64,000 bases of DNA, from contig QPGO01000021.1 in the NCBI GenBank assembly GCA_008632985.1, forward strand, positions 496,001 to 560,000. The letters are read 5' to 3'. Below are positions 25,190-38,330 of this stretch, piece after piece (positions within the stretch are counted from its first letter, which is position 1; each line of letters begins with the position of its first letter). A program made the position numbers and the translations under genes. This stretch comes from Psammoneis japonica (taxonomy: Eukaryota). The notes below the pieces were generated by a model. It worked only from the letters and a program-made list of their open reading frames with translations, ran no database searches and was not told where the DNA came from.

Positions 25190-28100
25190 CAATCTCCTTT
25201 GCAAAAAAACGTCATGCCTCGAGGAGCTGCAAGAGTGTGTTGAGTGATCAAAATGATTTTTGGCAGCACAGCAAACAATGTGAGCAGACGTTGTTGTCCC
25301 TGACAGATGACAGGGTGTTTGCAGGAAGATCTCTCTGGTTCTTTCACACCAGCAGCACACTGAAAACTCTGGCAGTGCTGGGGAGCAAGGGCGCCCAACG
25401 ATGGCACAAAAACAGACAAAAAGGCAGGGCGCACACATGCACCCAGACTGCGTGCGCACAACTCCTTGACACTCAGTTTCTGGGCTGTGCAGATCACACA
25501 CAGAGTTTGGCACCAGCTGAAGATTCTTCCTGCTGCCTCCTCCTGGCCACAGAGAGGGGCCCACTTGAGGCTGCTTTCCTGCGCAGCTTCCACATTGCTG
25601 GGTTGAAGTTGTCTTGTGTGGCTCTTTGTGCCAGCCACTGGTGGCGCAGGCATCACCACAACAGAGCACAGTGCAGTGCCTGTTGCACACACCAGCATCC
25701 TCTTCAGACCAGCATGCCCCACAACCCAGCATCTTCTGTGCTGCAGAACAATCTGTTTCAAGAAATTGGTGTGTGTGTGCAAAAGTTCTGCACACACACG
25801 CACTTTTTTGCTGCATGGTGGCCTTGAAGGTGCCCAAGAGCTTTCTTGTGGATGCTGCTGCTGCCAGCAGCAAGTGCTGTGGACAGACATTGAATTCCTA
25901 AAAAAGACAGACAACATCAATGTTGGAGGCCACATGCCTGGCATTTGATTGGATTGCTTCATTCTCAGTGAACCAGTCAGCACAACCCCCAGAGTGTTTG
26001 GGGTGCTTCTTCAAGCAATGATCTGTGATGCCCTTTTCAGTCCAAGGCACCCCAGCAGAACATCATTTCAAGGGTCAAATCCCACATGTGGTCAACACTG
26101 TCCTCTTGCATGTTGCCCTTTGTGAACTCTTGACTCACTGTGAATGAAGCTGATGCTTCAGAACCCCCCAACAGCTCAAAAGCTGTCAACTGATCATTGA
26201 CCATCTTTTTCAACATGACCAGCAAAAAATGATGGAAATGTCCCTCATTGCATCAAAAGTGGCCAGAGTGCCAGTTGCATGGACAGCAGCCCAATGATGT
26301 TTGACTTCCAACAACTCTTTTTTGCTGGGACAAAAAGCAACAAAGTGTGGCAAGACTTGGCCCAACATTGAGGCTGTCCTGCTTCAATCTGGCATTCTTT
26401 AATGGCATTGAAGGCTGGTGCATCTGATGGGGGGGTTGCCCTCAGATGACAGAAGCAAGCTGTGGAATTGCTTCTTGAGCAGCAGGACACTGTGACAACA
26501 TGCAAGCACTGGCAGAAGAGAAAATGAGACAATCTCTCAAGAGATCTGATCAAGTCAGCCAAAAAGGTCTCACGAAAATCCACAAATCTACAAATCAGAG
26601 CAGACAAACTGGCACCCTCCTCTGATCTGCTGCATCTGTCCAAACAATGCAGGCAGGTCACAGACAACAGACAGTGTGCACAACAATGTGCCAGGAGGAA
26701 GGAAGCCTTCCAGAGGCAAGGTTGCAGACCAGACACAACAAAACAGAAAGGTCAGGCCAAACACAAAAACAATGTGGGGCAGCAACACAGATGCAAGGAG
26801 GCATCATTGACAAAAAACATTGTTTGAAGCATCCCACCATCATCTGGAGTGCATGGCAGGCCAAGAGCTTTGTTTGTGATGCCAGCGCCAGTGTTGATGA
26901 TGCAAGGGACACATCACAGGACAATGTGACCAGTGCCTTTTTTTTTGTCTTGTTGAGAGCAGAATGTTGACACGGCACAAGTGCCCAGTCAGGATGCAGT
27001 TTTGTCTCAGCCAGTGATGTTGGTTGTGAGATTGTTGTCAATGTGACTGAGCCTTGTGCTGATGAAAGGGAGACAGTGGCACCAGCCAGCACACATCCAC
27101 AGCCAGCAGCTGGAGGAGGGGATGGATTGGCATGACAAGTTCACTGAGTGGACACAAAAAGGCAAGGTCAGATCTCAGCCCAGCCTCTTGCAGTTGATGT
27201 CCCAGCACTTGACAAAATTTGAGTGCTTGGCTGTGCCTTGCACCTTTTTAAAGTGAAGCAGTGGGTGGGAGCAGGTGCACATGAAAATTTGGACTGGGCC
27301 ACAACAACAACTCAGCAAGCAAGTTCTGACAGCTGAAGCCACAGGACTCAGCCAACTTGTCACATTCTTGCAAGTCTTCATCAGGGCCAACTTCAGAGCA
27401 CATTGCAGGCACCCAAGTCAACAGGCAGCAGAGCACCCCTGCAGTCTTGAGCAGGTTTGGTGGCAGCAGGAGTCTCCCACCCATGTGGTGCGAGCACAAA
27501 ATGGATGCAGCCATGGTGACATGCAATCAAAATTGAGTTGTCACATTGACAAGCATTGATCCATGCCATTGAACTCAGTGTGCAAACCAAGGCACTTGAT
27601 GAAGGCAAGTCTTTGGATGGCAGTTGAAGTGCTCCAGCACCAAGCAGCTCAAAATCTTGGTTGCAGCAACAGGTTTGGCTGGCAGAGAACTTTCATGTCA
27701 GCTCAAGAGCAGGCATGCTTGTCATGACCCATGCTTTGAAATGGCAAGATTGCATCTGGCAAGACACCATCAGCACCCTGCTCCTGCAGGAAACTGCGAG
27801 CTGGATCATGACCTTGAAGAGCCCAGTGCATTTGCAACCAACCAAGTTGATTGTGCGTGCACATGCAAGAACACCAAGGTTTTGACATTTTTTGCTGAGT
27901 TTCTCCCTCGTGGAAAGCCACACAATTTTTGCACTGGAACTCAACTCACAAAAATGCATTCTCAATTGTCACAACTTGTTCCCCATTGATGCAAGGTGCC
28001 ATGCTGCATTGATCATTGACCACACTGCCTTTGGAATGTTCTCCCACTCATTGCAGCAGCACTGTGAGTGGAAAGACTCCAAAACAAAAGAGTCCGGGTC

Positions 28101-31100
28101 TTTTAGACGACCAAGCAGAAAAATGGAAGAAAGTGGCCAAGCAATGCAGGAGATGCAGAAAGAGCAGCATGGATGAAGTGCACATGCTGCAAGCAGCAGC
28201 AGCAGGAGAGTTGGAGGATGACACAGCACAGGCAAAACATGTGGATGTGTGTTTTGTGCTGAATGCATGACAACTCTCCATGGTGTGCAAGGCTGTGCTC
28301 CACTGGAGTGTCCGTGTTGCTGGAACAAGCACAAGAAAAGGTGCTGGGTGACATCAATGCAGCAATTGCACATTGGCAGATGTCATCAGAAGGAAGTCAA
28401 AGCCTCAGAACCAGCAATGTTCCTGCCTGTTAATTTGGCAGTTGACCTGCTCAATTGGCCAATTTGGCATCCCACAAAACAGTGCAGTGAACTGCAAATG
28501 TTTTGATGATGGTTTGCCATGATGATGACTCAGATTCAGCAAGTCCACAGTCAAGGTGCAAAGTGCTTTGTTCATGTCTTCCCATGTCACCAGCAACCAA
28601 ACTCACAGAAAAAATGAAGAAGCTTTGTGGGCTGTTTTGTCAAGCTGCATGGACCTGTCACAATGGGCGCTGCAAACACCAACATTGTCTTGCCTTCAGA
28701 GCTGCCTCCGTCAGCAACAACAACAAGTCCTGAACATTTTTTCCAGTGCACATGGAAAGTTGAGTTGCTGCTTTTCTGATTGTCGACAGGGAAGTTCAGC
28801 ATTGAAAACAAGGAAGGAACACACAGTGCAAGTGAACAAATGTCCCTCTTTGCAGCAAAAGAGCTCATGATTTGAAACACCACCCACCAACCAACTCTTC
28901 TTCAGCAAGTGACAGGCAACCATCTTGAAATGCACCGTGAGTCACACATCAAGTCAAGCAATTGCCATCAAAAATTTGTTTTTCTGCAAGTGAATCACAT
29001 CTCTCAATCTTGGAAAGTGCAAGCTGGTGCGTGCTGCATTGCTGAAATGGTGGGACATGATGGAGGCAACTTGTGGGCTCCTTGCAGTCTTCTTTGACAA
29101 CCTCTGGTTTTGGGCACAATGAGCAAGTGCTGGACATCTGCAAACTGCTGTCATTGCAGCGCAAAGGTTTTGACAAGGAAATGGTTGATGCAGGTTTGCC
29201 AAAGCATCCTGCCGGGGTTTGCAATGTGAGCAATCCATTGTCATGACCTTGGTCAGATTGCCGTTTGATTCATTCATGGTGTGCACCCCAACACTTCATG
29301 CCTGGTTCCACAAGCATGCTGTGCTCTCTCATTGCTTGTTTGATCACATTGAAATGATGCTTGAATTGGAGTCAGAATTTCCAACTGTGGACAAATGGCA
29401 TGAATTGCCAAGTGACACATCTTCAAATGAAGATGTCATCCATGGGCTGTTGATTCCAGCTGAAACTGGCAATGCCAAGATTGTGAATGTTGAGCTTGAG
29501 GACACAAGTGAAGCAACGGCAGAGTCAGAGGATCTAGAACACACAATTGACATCAACCTCAATGACTGCAACCCCAACTTGGATGATCTGTCCCAGGACT
29601 GCGGGTCAACATGGGGAACAAGGGCTTTGCACAGCATCAATGACCTGAAGTTGGAGGTGCCTTGGATGCATGATCTGGGCAGTGCAAGGACAACACGACA
29701 GCTTCATTGATGTGGACTTCATCTCAGGGAGAAGGCTTTGCAGCCATGCTGTGACAAGCTTGTGGAGGATTCTGAAAGCTCTGGCAACAGCGCAGACAAC
29801 ACTCTCCAACATCCATCATGCACATGACTGTGGGATTGCATTGGGCCAAGATTGGGTGCCTGCATTTGCTTTGTTGAAACAGAGAGGTGAGGAACCAAAT
29901 GAATTCAAAAAGCACAATGCACACAATGGATCAATGTGCACAGAAATGATGTTTGTAAAGAAAATGAAAGGTGTTGTGTTGGCAGATGCATTTGCATGGC
30001 ATGTGACATCTCATTTTTGAAAGTCAGAAAAAGCTCAAGACTTCATTTTGTTCCTGTTGGACCCAACACAGTCACAAGCTGAATTTGCTGAAGCCAATGT
30101 TGCACTCATTCTTGGGGCAGCATGATGGAAAGCAGCTGGGGCCCCAACATGCTGGTGGCAAATGCAGGCAAGGTCTCTCCCATTGATGTTGCAGGCTTCA
30201 TGATTGAGCGGGTGTTTCTGGCCCTGCTGGACACATGATCAATGGATGTCCCAGGCATGATTTGAGACTCAAAACAAAATGGACCATGGCATGGTGCAGA
30301 CCCCAAGCTGTGTTAAAAAGCACGCAAGTGCGTGTGCCTTGATGTTGTTTGCCACAACACATGCCTGTTTGATGCTGTTGCCAGGTTGCTCCTCTGCTGG
30401 CATCCTGGTGCTTTCTTCTTAAATCCTTCTTGGCAGCTCAGGCGAGATTGGCCCAGCTTCTGTGTTCCTCTTCCTGATGCTCATGGCCCAGTCTGTGCCA
30501 TGCTTGCACCTTCTCCACACTCAAATGCCAGTTGAGTGCTGGCAACCATGTTTTTTGTTTTTCCCTTGCAGGCAACACTTCTTTTCCAAATCCACTGGCA
30601 AGACATTTGGCAAATCAAGAGCAACTGGTGATTTGGGATTGGCCCCAGTGACGCCAACGGCATTGGCATCAGCACCCTTGTTGTCATCAGAATTGGCACC
30701 CTTGTCATGAGTGTCAGCACACTCATGTTGGCACTGTTGGCATCCTTGCTGGCATCAGAGTCCTTTTGTTGCCTGCATCACTGTCCATTGTTTTTCCCAG
30801 ATGATGATGAGGAGTCACCCATTTGCCTTGTCTTTCTCCTCCTGGTTTTCCTGGCCTTGGATTCTTTGTGTCACCCAATGATGTGTTGACGAGCTTCCCA
30901 AAGATGACAACAATGATTGCATGGGCTCATTGGCTGATCATCCCAGCCTTTGGCTTCTTTTCATTGCCCAACGAGGTTGTCCAGCTCCCAGAAGACAATG
31001 ACAATTGCAGCCACACTTGCTTTTTAGAGGAAACAGTGGCAATGCAAGTGAGCCTTTCATCCAATGAACTGATGCTTGACAACACTCATCATTGGTGGCT

Positions 31101-34100
31101 GCTGCGGCTGCCACTGCTGATGTTTTCTTTCTGTGGCTCACTTGTTGCCTTGTGGTGCAGTGAGATGTTGATTGTGTTGTGGGCCTTCTCCAGCAGGAGA
31201 GTCAACAGGCATGTCTTCTCCATCAAATTCCCACACACTGCTTTCAGCATCACTTGTCATGCTCAGTTTTGGGTTTCAAAGGTGAGATGAATCCAGGAGA
31301 GTCAGCAGCAACAATGAAATGTTGCCTGAATCAACAAGATGCAAGAGTGCAGGAAATGACAAATGGCATCTTTGTGAGTTGATTTCCAGTTCAAAAATTG
31401 TGCAGCTTTCAGAAACTCAGCAAAAAATGTTGCAGCCTCTGTTCTCATGTGTGGATGCATGATCAAAGTTTGGTGCAAAAGAATCACACCACACACCACA
31501 CACCACACTGTGGCACCACATCAAAGACCACAAAATCAGGTTTGAACAGTTTTGTTGAACAGTGTGTGTGGGGACCTTTAGGACCACCACGCCACACACT
31601 TTACAACCCATCAAAGCTGCCACAGAGTGAACAACAAAACAGGCACTGCATTGGTTGACCAGTGCAGGGCAAATGATGCAAAGCTGGCACACCAGTGCCG
31701 AAAGATCCATTGCATCATTGCCACAAGCATTGTGCTCCATCAGCTTTTCTCAAGGTGACAACTTTCAAAAGTTCCCAAAGCTTGTTGCTGGGAGGAAATC
31801 AAAGAGAGCTCAAAGCAGCACAGTTGTGTTTAATGCCTGGGCCAAAAAGGTCACCAGGAACCTTGCATTCTGAAAATTTGGTGTCTGGGAAATGGGTGGC
31901 AGCACGACAGCACAAGTTTTCCATGGTGAGTGCAGGGACATGCTCCATTTTTGCCCAGCACCGGTGGTGGCAGAAAAATGTTGTGGCCCACCAAAGCCTG
32001 CTGAAGCTTGCAAAAAAAAACTTTCATTTGGGGGCAAGAGCACAATCTTGAAGTTAGAAGAACCCATTTTGTAGAGCCATTCTTGCAGCTCCACTGAACA
32101 GTCATGACAGACACACCCACACCATCAACAGAGACAATGTGCACACTCATGATCTTGTTCCATGAAGCCTTGAAAGAAGAAAAGAGGCACAAAGCAGAGC
32201 TGATGCTGTGTGGCACCAGAGAGGCATGAACAAGCAGAGCCAATGCTGTGTGATGCCAGAGATGTGTTTGAGAACAAGTTGTCACAGTCAGCTCCAAATC
32301 ACATGCAGAGTCAAGAGGATGACCTTTCGCAGCACAAGACAAAGTCTGTGCAAAAGAGTTGGAAGCCAAGCAAAGCTGGTCAACATCTGCTTCTCTTCAC
32401 TTTCAGCTGGAGTTGGCTTGGCATCATGTGCACATCACAAATGAGGAGCAACATTTGGAGGTGTCTTGTCATGAGACATTTCATTCGTGCCCTTGTCAAG
32501 CTGCACATGCCCAGCAATCTTGGTGCAAGAGGCCCCACAACCATGTGCTGCAAACAGCCAGCTCTCAGCAGTGCTGGAGGACATCTGAGAAAGACACCCT
32601 TGCAAGAACCATTTGAACAAAAGACTGGGCACATTGGTGACCAGGCAAAAGCACTTGCACCCAAACATGACACCCAACCACACACAAAGCATGGAAATCA
32701 TTGGCTTGTCAAACTGCCACAGTCAAGGGAGCTGCATCTTGACCCTTGGATCACATCACATTTTCTTGACAGAGTGCAGCACGTGCCATGTTTGCAGCTG
32801 TTGAGTGGCCAAATTCCACAGGGCTGCTCAACTGAGTGCGCATCCTTTTCTGTTGGGCACATGCCACTGTGAAGTCATCCTCAAAAAGCAAGTTGCCAAA
32901 CTTCAGGCTTGCTGTGCAACACACCACCTTGATCCACAAAAATGTGTGCTTGTCCAGACATTTTGTCAAGTGCTCTTCCAACAACCAAAACAAAGCTGGT
33001 TCAAAGAAGTTGCCTTGGAGAAGCAAGTCACATTGTGTGGCTGTTGAGAAAAGTGACTGCAAGAAAGAGTCCGAAAACCCTTTTGCCACTCAAGCCAAAA
33101 CAGCCTTTGAACAATGACAGGGCCTTTGTGGGGTTGAGTTGGCACCCAAGTTGAGCTGGGGCTGGCAGCCCCCTTCATTTGCTTGGCTCAATGCACACAT
33201 GGGACAAGAACCCAAAGGTTGGGTGCAATGACTGATCTTGCTAAAAGCTCCTTCTGTGCACTCAAGTCACACAAAAGATGGCTGGGAGATGTCCAAGTTG
33301 TTGACACCAGAGATGGCACTTGGCACCTGCCTTGAGAGATTGAGCCATGATGCACCATCCTTGACACAATGCTGAAACAGAGCATTGTGGAGCCTGCAAA
33401 CTTGAAGGATCAACTTGGGTTCTTCAAGAAAAACAGAACCTTCATTTTTGTGATGTGTGCTGATCAGAGTGGCTGTGGCAGCCTTGCATCCTTCAGCAAA
33501 AGTCAGATCATCCTGTTTTTGCTGCACAACTCAGCCATCAAAAGAGCTCCATCTAATTGCAGAAGCGCCAAAGGGCAAGTGAAGCAATTGCCGTTGATCA
33601 CAGCCAGCCTTGTGTGCAATCACATCCTGACTCAAATGAGGGCAATGGCGTGCAATGAACTTGCAGGTGCCAAGAGGATTGAAGAAGTTTAAAGTGCAAC
33701 CTTCACATTCTTTTGGGGGGTTGAGAGCTGTGTTGCTGCCAAGCAAAGCACACTCATCTGTTGGGGCAGACCAAAGCAAAGGATGGCACTGTGCCTGAAA
33801 CAAAACATGCCCAACAGAGTGATTCACAGGAATGCATGAGTGGCCAAAGCCTTGAGGTGCACCACACTTGTCCCCTCAAGAGCTGGCTGCACCTTGAGTG
33901 GACAGGGGCCAGCCACCATCATGATGTCCTGGCAGCAGCGTGGGGGTCAAGTTTGCTGTTGCCAGCAAAAGGTGCGCCAGTGCCCGGCTGAGCACAGCAC
34001 TCATGAGCATCAAAATCAACTGAGTTGGCCAGACAAGAGTCATGATGAGTGTGTTGGATGATGATTGTGAGGGCTGTCTGCAGGTGAAAATTCAAAAAGA

Positions 34101-36370
34101 TGCAAGTGGAGTGTTTGCAGCTGTGTGCCATTCATCCTCCTCAGCAAGTTTGCTGTGGCCCAATTCAAAAAGCTCTTTGCTGACTGCACCAGGGTTGACA
34201 TCAACCCTTTTCCTGGTCAGAGCAAGATGAGTGGGGGTCATCATCAGGTGGGGTGGCAGCACCAGATGGGGCACCAAAGTGCACCCATCTGCTGTCATCC
34301 TGCTGGTGGCATTTGCTGTGTTTTGGTGCTGGAAGGAGAGTGTGGGCTGTGTTGCAGATTTGAAGCCAACTGTTGGACTTGATGAACAGGTTTCAGGTGG
34401 CACAGATCTGTCTGAACCTTTGAGCAGATGTTTTGGTGGACCTTGTTGGAAATTGGAAGTGTGTGCTGAGCTGACAAAAACAAATGTGGAGACCCTCAGC
34501 ATGTGTGGGTTGTTTGTCAAAGCCAGGCAGTTGCAAAACAATGCCTGCCAGCATGCAGCCACAAGAAGACATGACTGTTCACAGGCAGCTTCACTCATCC
34601 AGAGCAACCTTGACATCTTGAAAACTTGTGTCAAGGACACATGACAAAGGAGTTGATTCTCTTTCCATGGCTGAAACATCTGGATCAGCAAGTTTCAGAG
34701 GGCCAAAGGCACCCCTGTGGGGAGTGACAGCATTTGAGAAATTGGAAGGAGGAGCTTCCTCTTGATGGCTGGTGCTGGAGGTGCTTCAATGGTGTTGGTG
34801 CCAGCAGAATGATGGTGTGCACCACCATCATGATGAGGATGACCCCAATTGTGAAAGCAATCAAAAAATGAACAGATGTGATTGAAAGCACCTGGGTGGG
34901 AGGGCCATCTGCCTGACACAAGAAAGCAGACAGTGTCTTGACAATCTCCAGGCTTCAGCACACTTGTGCAACAGAGCAGTTGGCCAGCAGTGCTCATGGG
35001 CAGCCCAAGCAAAAAACTTTGAGTGCTTGACATTCTTGATGAGAAACATCATTTCCCTTGGGTCATCCAAAGTGGAGTCAACGTCAAAGATGTGCATGTG
35101 CAGCTGAAGGAAATCCTTGAAAAACCCAGGCAGCGATCTGCAAGCAAAGATTCCCCCCACCAGAGCAGCCATCAACCATTTTTGCTTCTTTGTCATGAAA
35201 AGCTGGGCAACGATGGTGTGAGATCTGCTTTGCTGTTTTTCTTTGGGCCATTGCTGCAGCATGCTGGTGTGATGGCACAACGACGATGTGCTTGCTGCCA
35301 CTGGGGAGCATTCATCAGAGCATGACAAAAGCTTGTGGGCCATGCTCTGAGCTTCTTTGCAATGAACTCACATTTGTCAGGGGGAAGATCATTGTCCACA
35401 CTGCTGCCAACCAAAAATCCCCAATGGCTGCCATGCTGGTCCAAAATGAATTGCCAGTGAATGGACATGAAAACCAGCATCAGAAGCACAGCACCAGAGG
35501 GTTTTACATCTCCAAGTGCTCAAACTCTGGCAGGTGAATCATCATTGCAAACACATTCAATTTGCAAAGGAGCATCTTGTGACCCAGTGCAAAATTCATT
35601 GCAAAACAACAAGTGCTGCCAGAAAGAGTTTTTAACCAGGTTGCTCACAGGCCAGACAATGCACCGTGCAGCCCACCACAAATGAGTGCATGCTTTGAAA
35701 TGATTGGCCAGGCAGCAACATCAGGCAGCAAAGTCCTGGACAGGAAACTTTTTGCACTGATCAACAAGGAATTTGCAGCTGCTGCCACCAGTGGAGGCAC
35801 AGGTGCTTGCTTGGGTGGGCATGTGAGAGGAAAGAAAACTCACTCTCCAGACCAAACAAGCAAATTTCATCTCCAGATCAAAGTGTGTGTGAGCTGCAGC
35901 AAAACATTTCAATGAGAGGAACATCTCAAGGGTCTTGGAAATTGTGACCTGAAGATTCTTGTGAGTGAGACAAGTCTTGCCCTCTTTTGCTGGTGACACC
36001 ATGTTCAGAGCAGCTGTTTCCATCATTGGTTGAAATGATGAGTCAATGTGATTGTGGTTGCCATTTGGGGGTTGTGGATGGCCAACCCAGTGTTTTTGGA
36101 AACTCTCCTCTGCAAGTCCACAAGTTGTTTCTTTTTCAAACTGCAGCATTGGCAGTCGTCTTTGAGCCATTGCCAGCATCACCAAATCTCCTGGTCTCAG
36201 CCCCACCAAGGCAACGGAATTTCTGAGAAGAGGCCAGGTCGGCTGATTGTTCTTCTTTGACAGGATCGCAAATCTGCCATCCATTTTCTGTTGCCAGCTG
36301 GCTCTCCAGCACCGGCAGGCAGGTGCACCAGACGACTCGGACATGTTGCCACACAGAAGCGGCGTGTTGT
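25190..36370. mobile_element. About 11-kb TpA- and CpG-depleted degenerate block (probable transposon or viral relic, family not identified)
   Basis: About 21 TA in 11 kb, with 0 TA and 9 CG at 25261-25860. Only short, nearly Tyr-free ORFs rich in Cys/His/Trp. The composition is directly visible, while the mobile-element origin is inferred. Confidence 0.55.
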
Positions 36371-36461
36371 GGCGCGGTAATGAGGCACTGGCAGAGTTTA
36401 ACAAGACATTACACCGATCCTTTTCTATAGCTAGCTTCCGATCTGCTGTAGCTGAGTCACG

Positions 36462-38089
36462 TCAAAACTTTCGAAGATCATTTATGATTCTGTCAATTGC
36501 ACGGTGGTCTGACTTGATCACCTCGCGTAAGATTTTCGTCTTGTCTTCGGTCGAGCTCGCAGCAGCATCCAAACAACTGGTTGATCGGTCCGCAAATGGA
36601 TGCTGTCCTGTCACGAGAGTTCGATCAGGAATAAATCCAAACTCTTTGGCGTACAACAATTCGCATACACACCACATTCGACTGTACAGATCTGTCACGG
36701 GATTGCGCACAACGACGAATTGCGACGCGTCCTTGAGAGCCACCACAAATGGTGATTTGTCGATTGCGGAACTAAGCTGATTTTTGATAATCTCTGAATC
36801 TCCCTGTGTTAAGGCTAATGCACAAATCCAAAAGGTAGGTTTCTTGAAATGGTGTCGGAAAGCGCCCAAAAGAGAGCTCACGAAGTCATCAAACGGTTCA
36901 TCCCAGCAGTGGGTCACGAAGGTGTCAGCTTTCAGACCATTTGGGTTTCGTGAAAGAGCATATGAAGTCTCTGATTCCCGACATTTTGGACTGAGAATGT
37001 GCTCGTTTATGTCATGCATTGTCTTGGTTGCCAAGTCATTTCCAAAGTATCGGGTGACCTCATTCCGCAATTCCACCAGCTGATCATAGCTTACACCCCA
37101 CAATTTTGGTTGGTTTTGGGGGAGATTGCTGGCCTCCATAATCAGTTGATGCTCCTCTGCATCTTCAAGAAGTTGAACACAATCCTGTTTATGCCACTCC
37201 TTTGCCTCCTGGAGGGCTGTGAGACCCTTCGTGTTGAGAATTGTCATGTCAGCACCGTTTTCCAGCAAAATGGGTATCACGGAACCTTTCCCATTATAGC
37301 ATGCTTCATGGAGTGGTGTCCAACCGCTGTCATCTTGACAATTAACCCCTGCGCCTTTCTCAAGCAACAGCAGAATTGTGTCTCCATGGCCATGTCGACA
37401 AGCATGGTGGAGACAGGTGGATCCATTCATGTATCGAATGTTTGGATCTTCCCCACCGCTAAGAAGTTGGTGGAGAGAGTCAGTGTCATTCTGTTTGGTA
37501 GCTTCCAATAAACGGTTTTGATTTTGTATTCGAAAATCGTCAAGTTGAAGATTCGGAGCGTGGGCAGTGTTGTCTTGGCTTTGTTGCGATAATGCGCTCC
37601 TTTGTGATTCAACGCGAATGGATTTCTTATTCGGAGCAGACGTATCCTGCGATTTAAAAGCCTCATTCCACGTTTTCACGACTTGATCAGGGCACTGACT
37701 TGGGAAGCATCTGATGCAGATTCCCTTGTGTACATGTTCATTGGTCAAGGTCGCTTCCTTGAGCAATCTAGCTTCGTGTGTCACAACACCACAACCACCA
37801 CAACGCCGCCCCCCCTTCTTCTTTTGCCATCTTCTGTTATGAGTAGTGGAGCAACACTGCCATTTGATACATCAAATCTTCGAATCAGTCTAACCTTTCC
37901 GGATATGTAGTTTCGTTGTGTCATGGCGGAAAAATCGATATCGTAGATTTTCGTCCCAGAGAAGAGCCGGAAAGGATTGCCGTAATTCTTCTGACAAATC
38001 CTTTCAATCTGTTCTGAGGTACTTGCATCATAGTCATACCATTCCTGCCCCTCCGCATGGCAAAGGTAGAATTGCCACACGACCGTCAT
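36462..38089 (-). CDS. WWE domain + ankyrin repeats + C-terminal TIR/HET-like domain protein (frameshift near 37785)
   Basis: WWE: WQFY..EWYDY..IE..YDIDFSAMTQRN..GKVRLIRR. Ankyrin: GSTCLHHAC, GWTPLHEAC, GLTALQEA. C-terminal domain: FVTHCW, FWICALAL, YSRMWCVCEL. Confidence 0.75.
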
Positions 38090-38199
38090 GATTGGCGTAG
38101 AGGTCTGCGCGATGTTGTTTTATTTCCACTTCCCGACAACGGGTTACTGTGCTGTGCGGTACCCAGTGATACTTATTTACTTACTTGCAAACGCAACCA

Positions 38200-38299
38200 C
38201 TGAGGCCAAAGAATAGAAAGCAAGAGAGCACGCATCATCGTTACGGCAAATTCCTGTTTTTTCCTGTTAATCAGCAGCGTAAGAATGTGGCATCAGGTG

Positions 38300-38330
<31 letters not shown>

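Noticed and set aside
25769..25800. GTGTGTGTGCA...TGCACACACAC hairpin
   Set aside because: It is an expected by-product of extreme TG/CA enrichment.
29790..29850. HAHDCGIA as a Ulp1 protease catalytic motif in the eroded block
   Set aside because: The match is too short and no supporting His/Asp motifs could be identified.
25179..36375. TGTGGCGC at both edges of the large block (25179-25186, 36368-36375) as an 8-bp TSD
   Set aside because: No TIRs lie inside it and the edges are only approximately known, so a chance match cannot be excluded.
25141..36404. Numerous 60-280 aa Cys/His-rich ORFs as real genes or metal-binding proteins
   Set aside because: Loss of TA removes TAA/TAG stops and Tyr codons, which inflates ORFs in all six frames.
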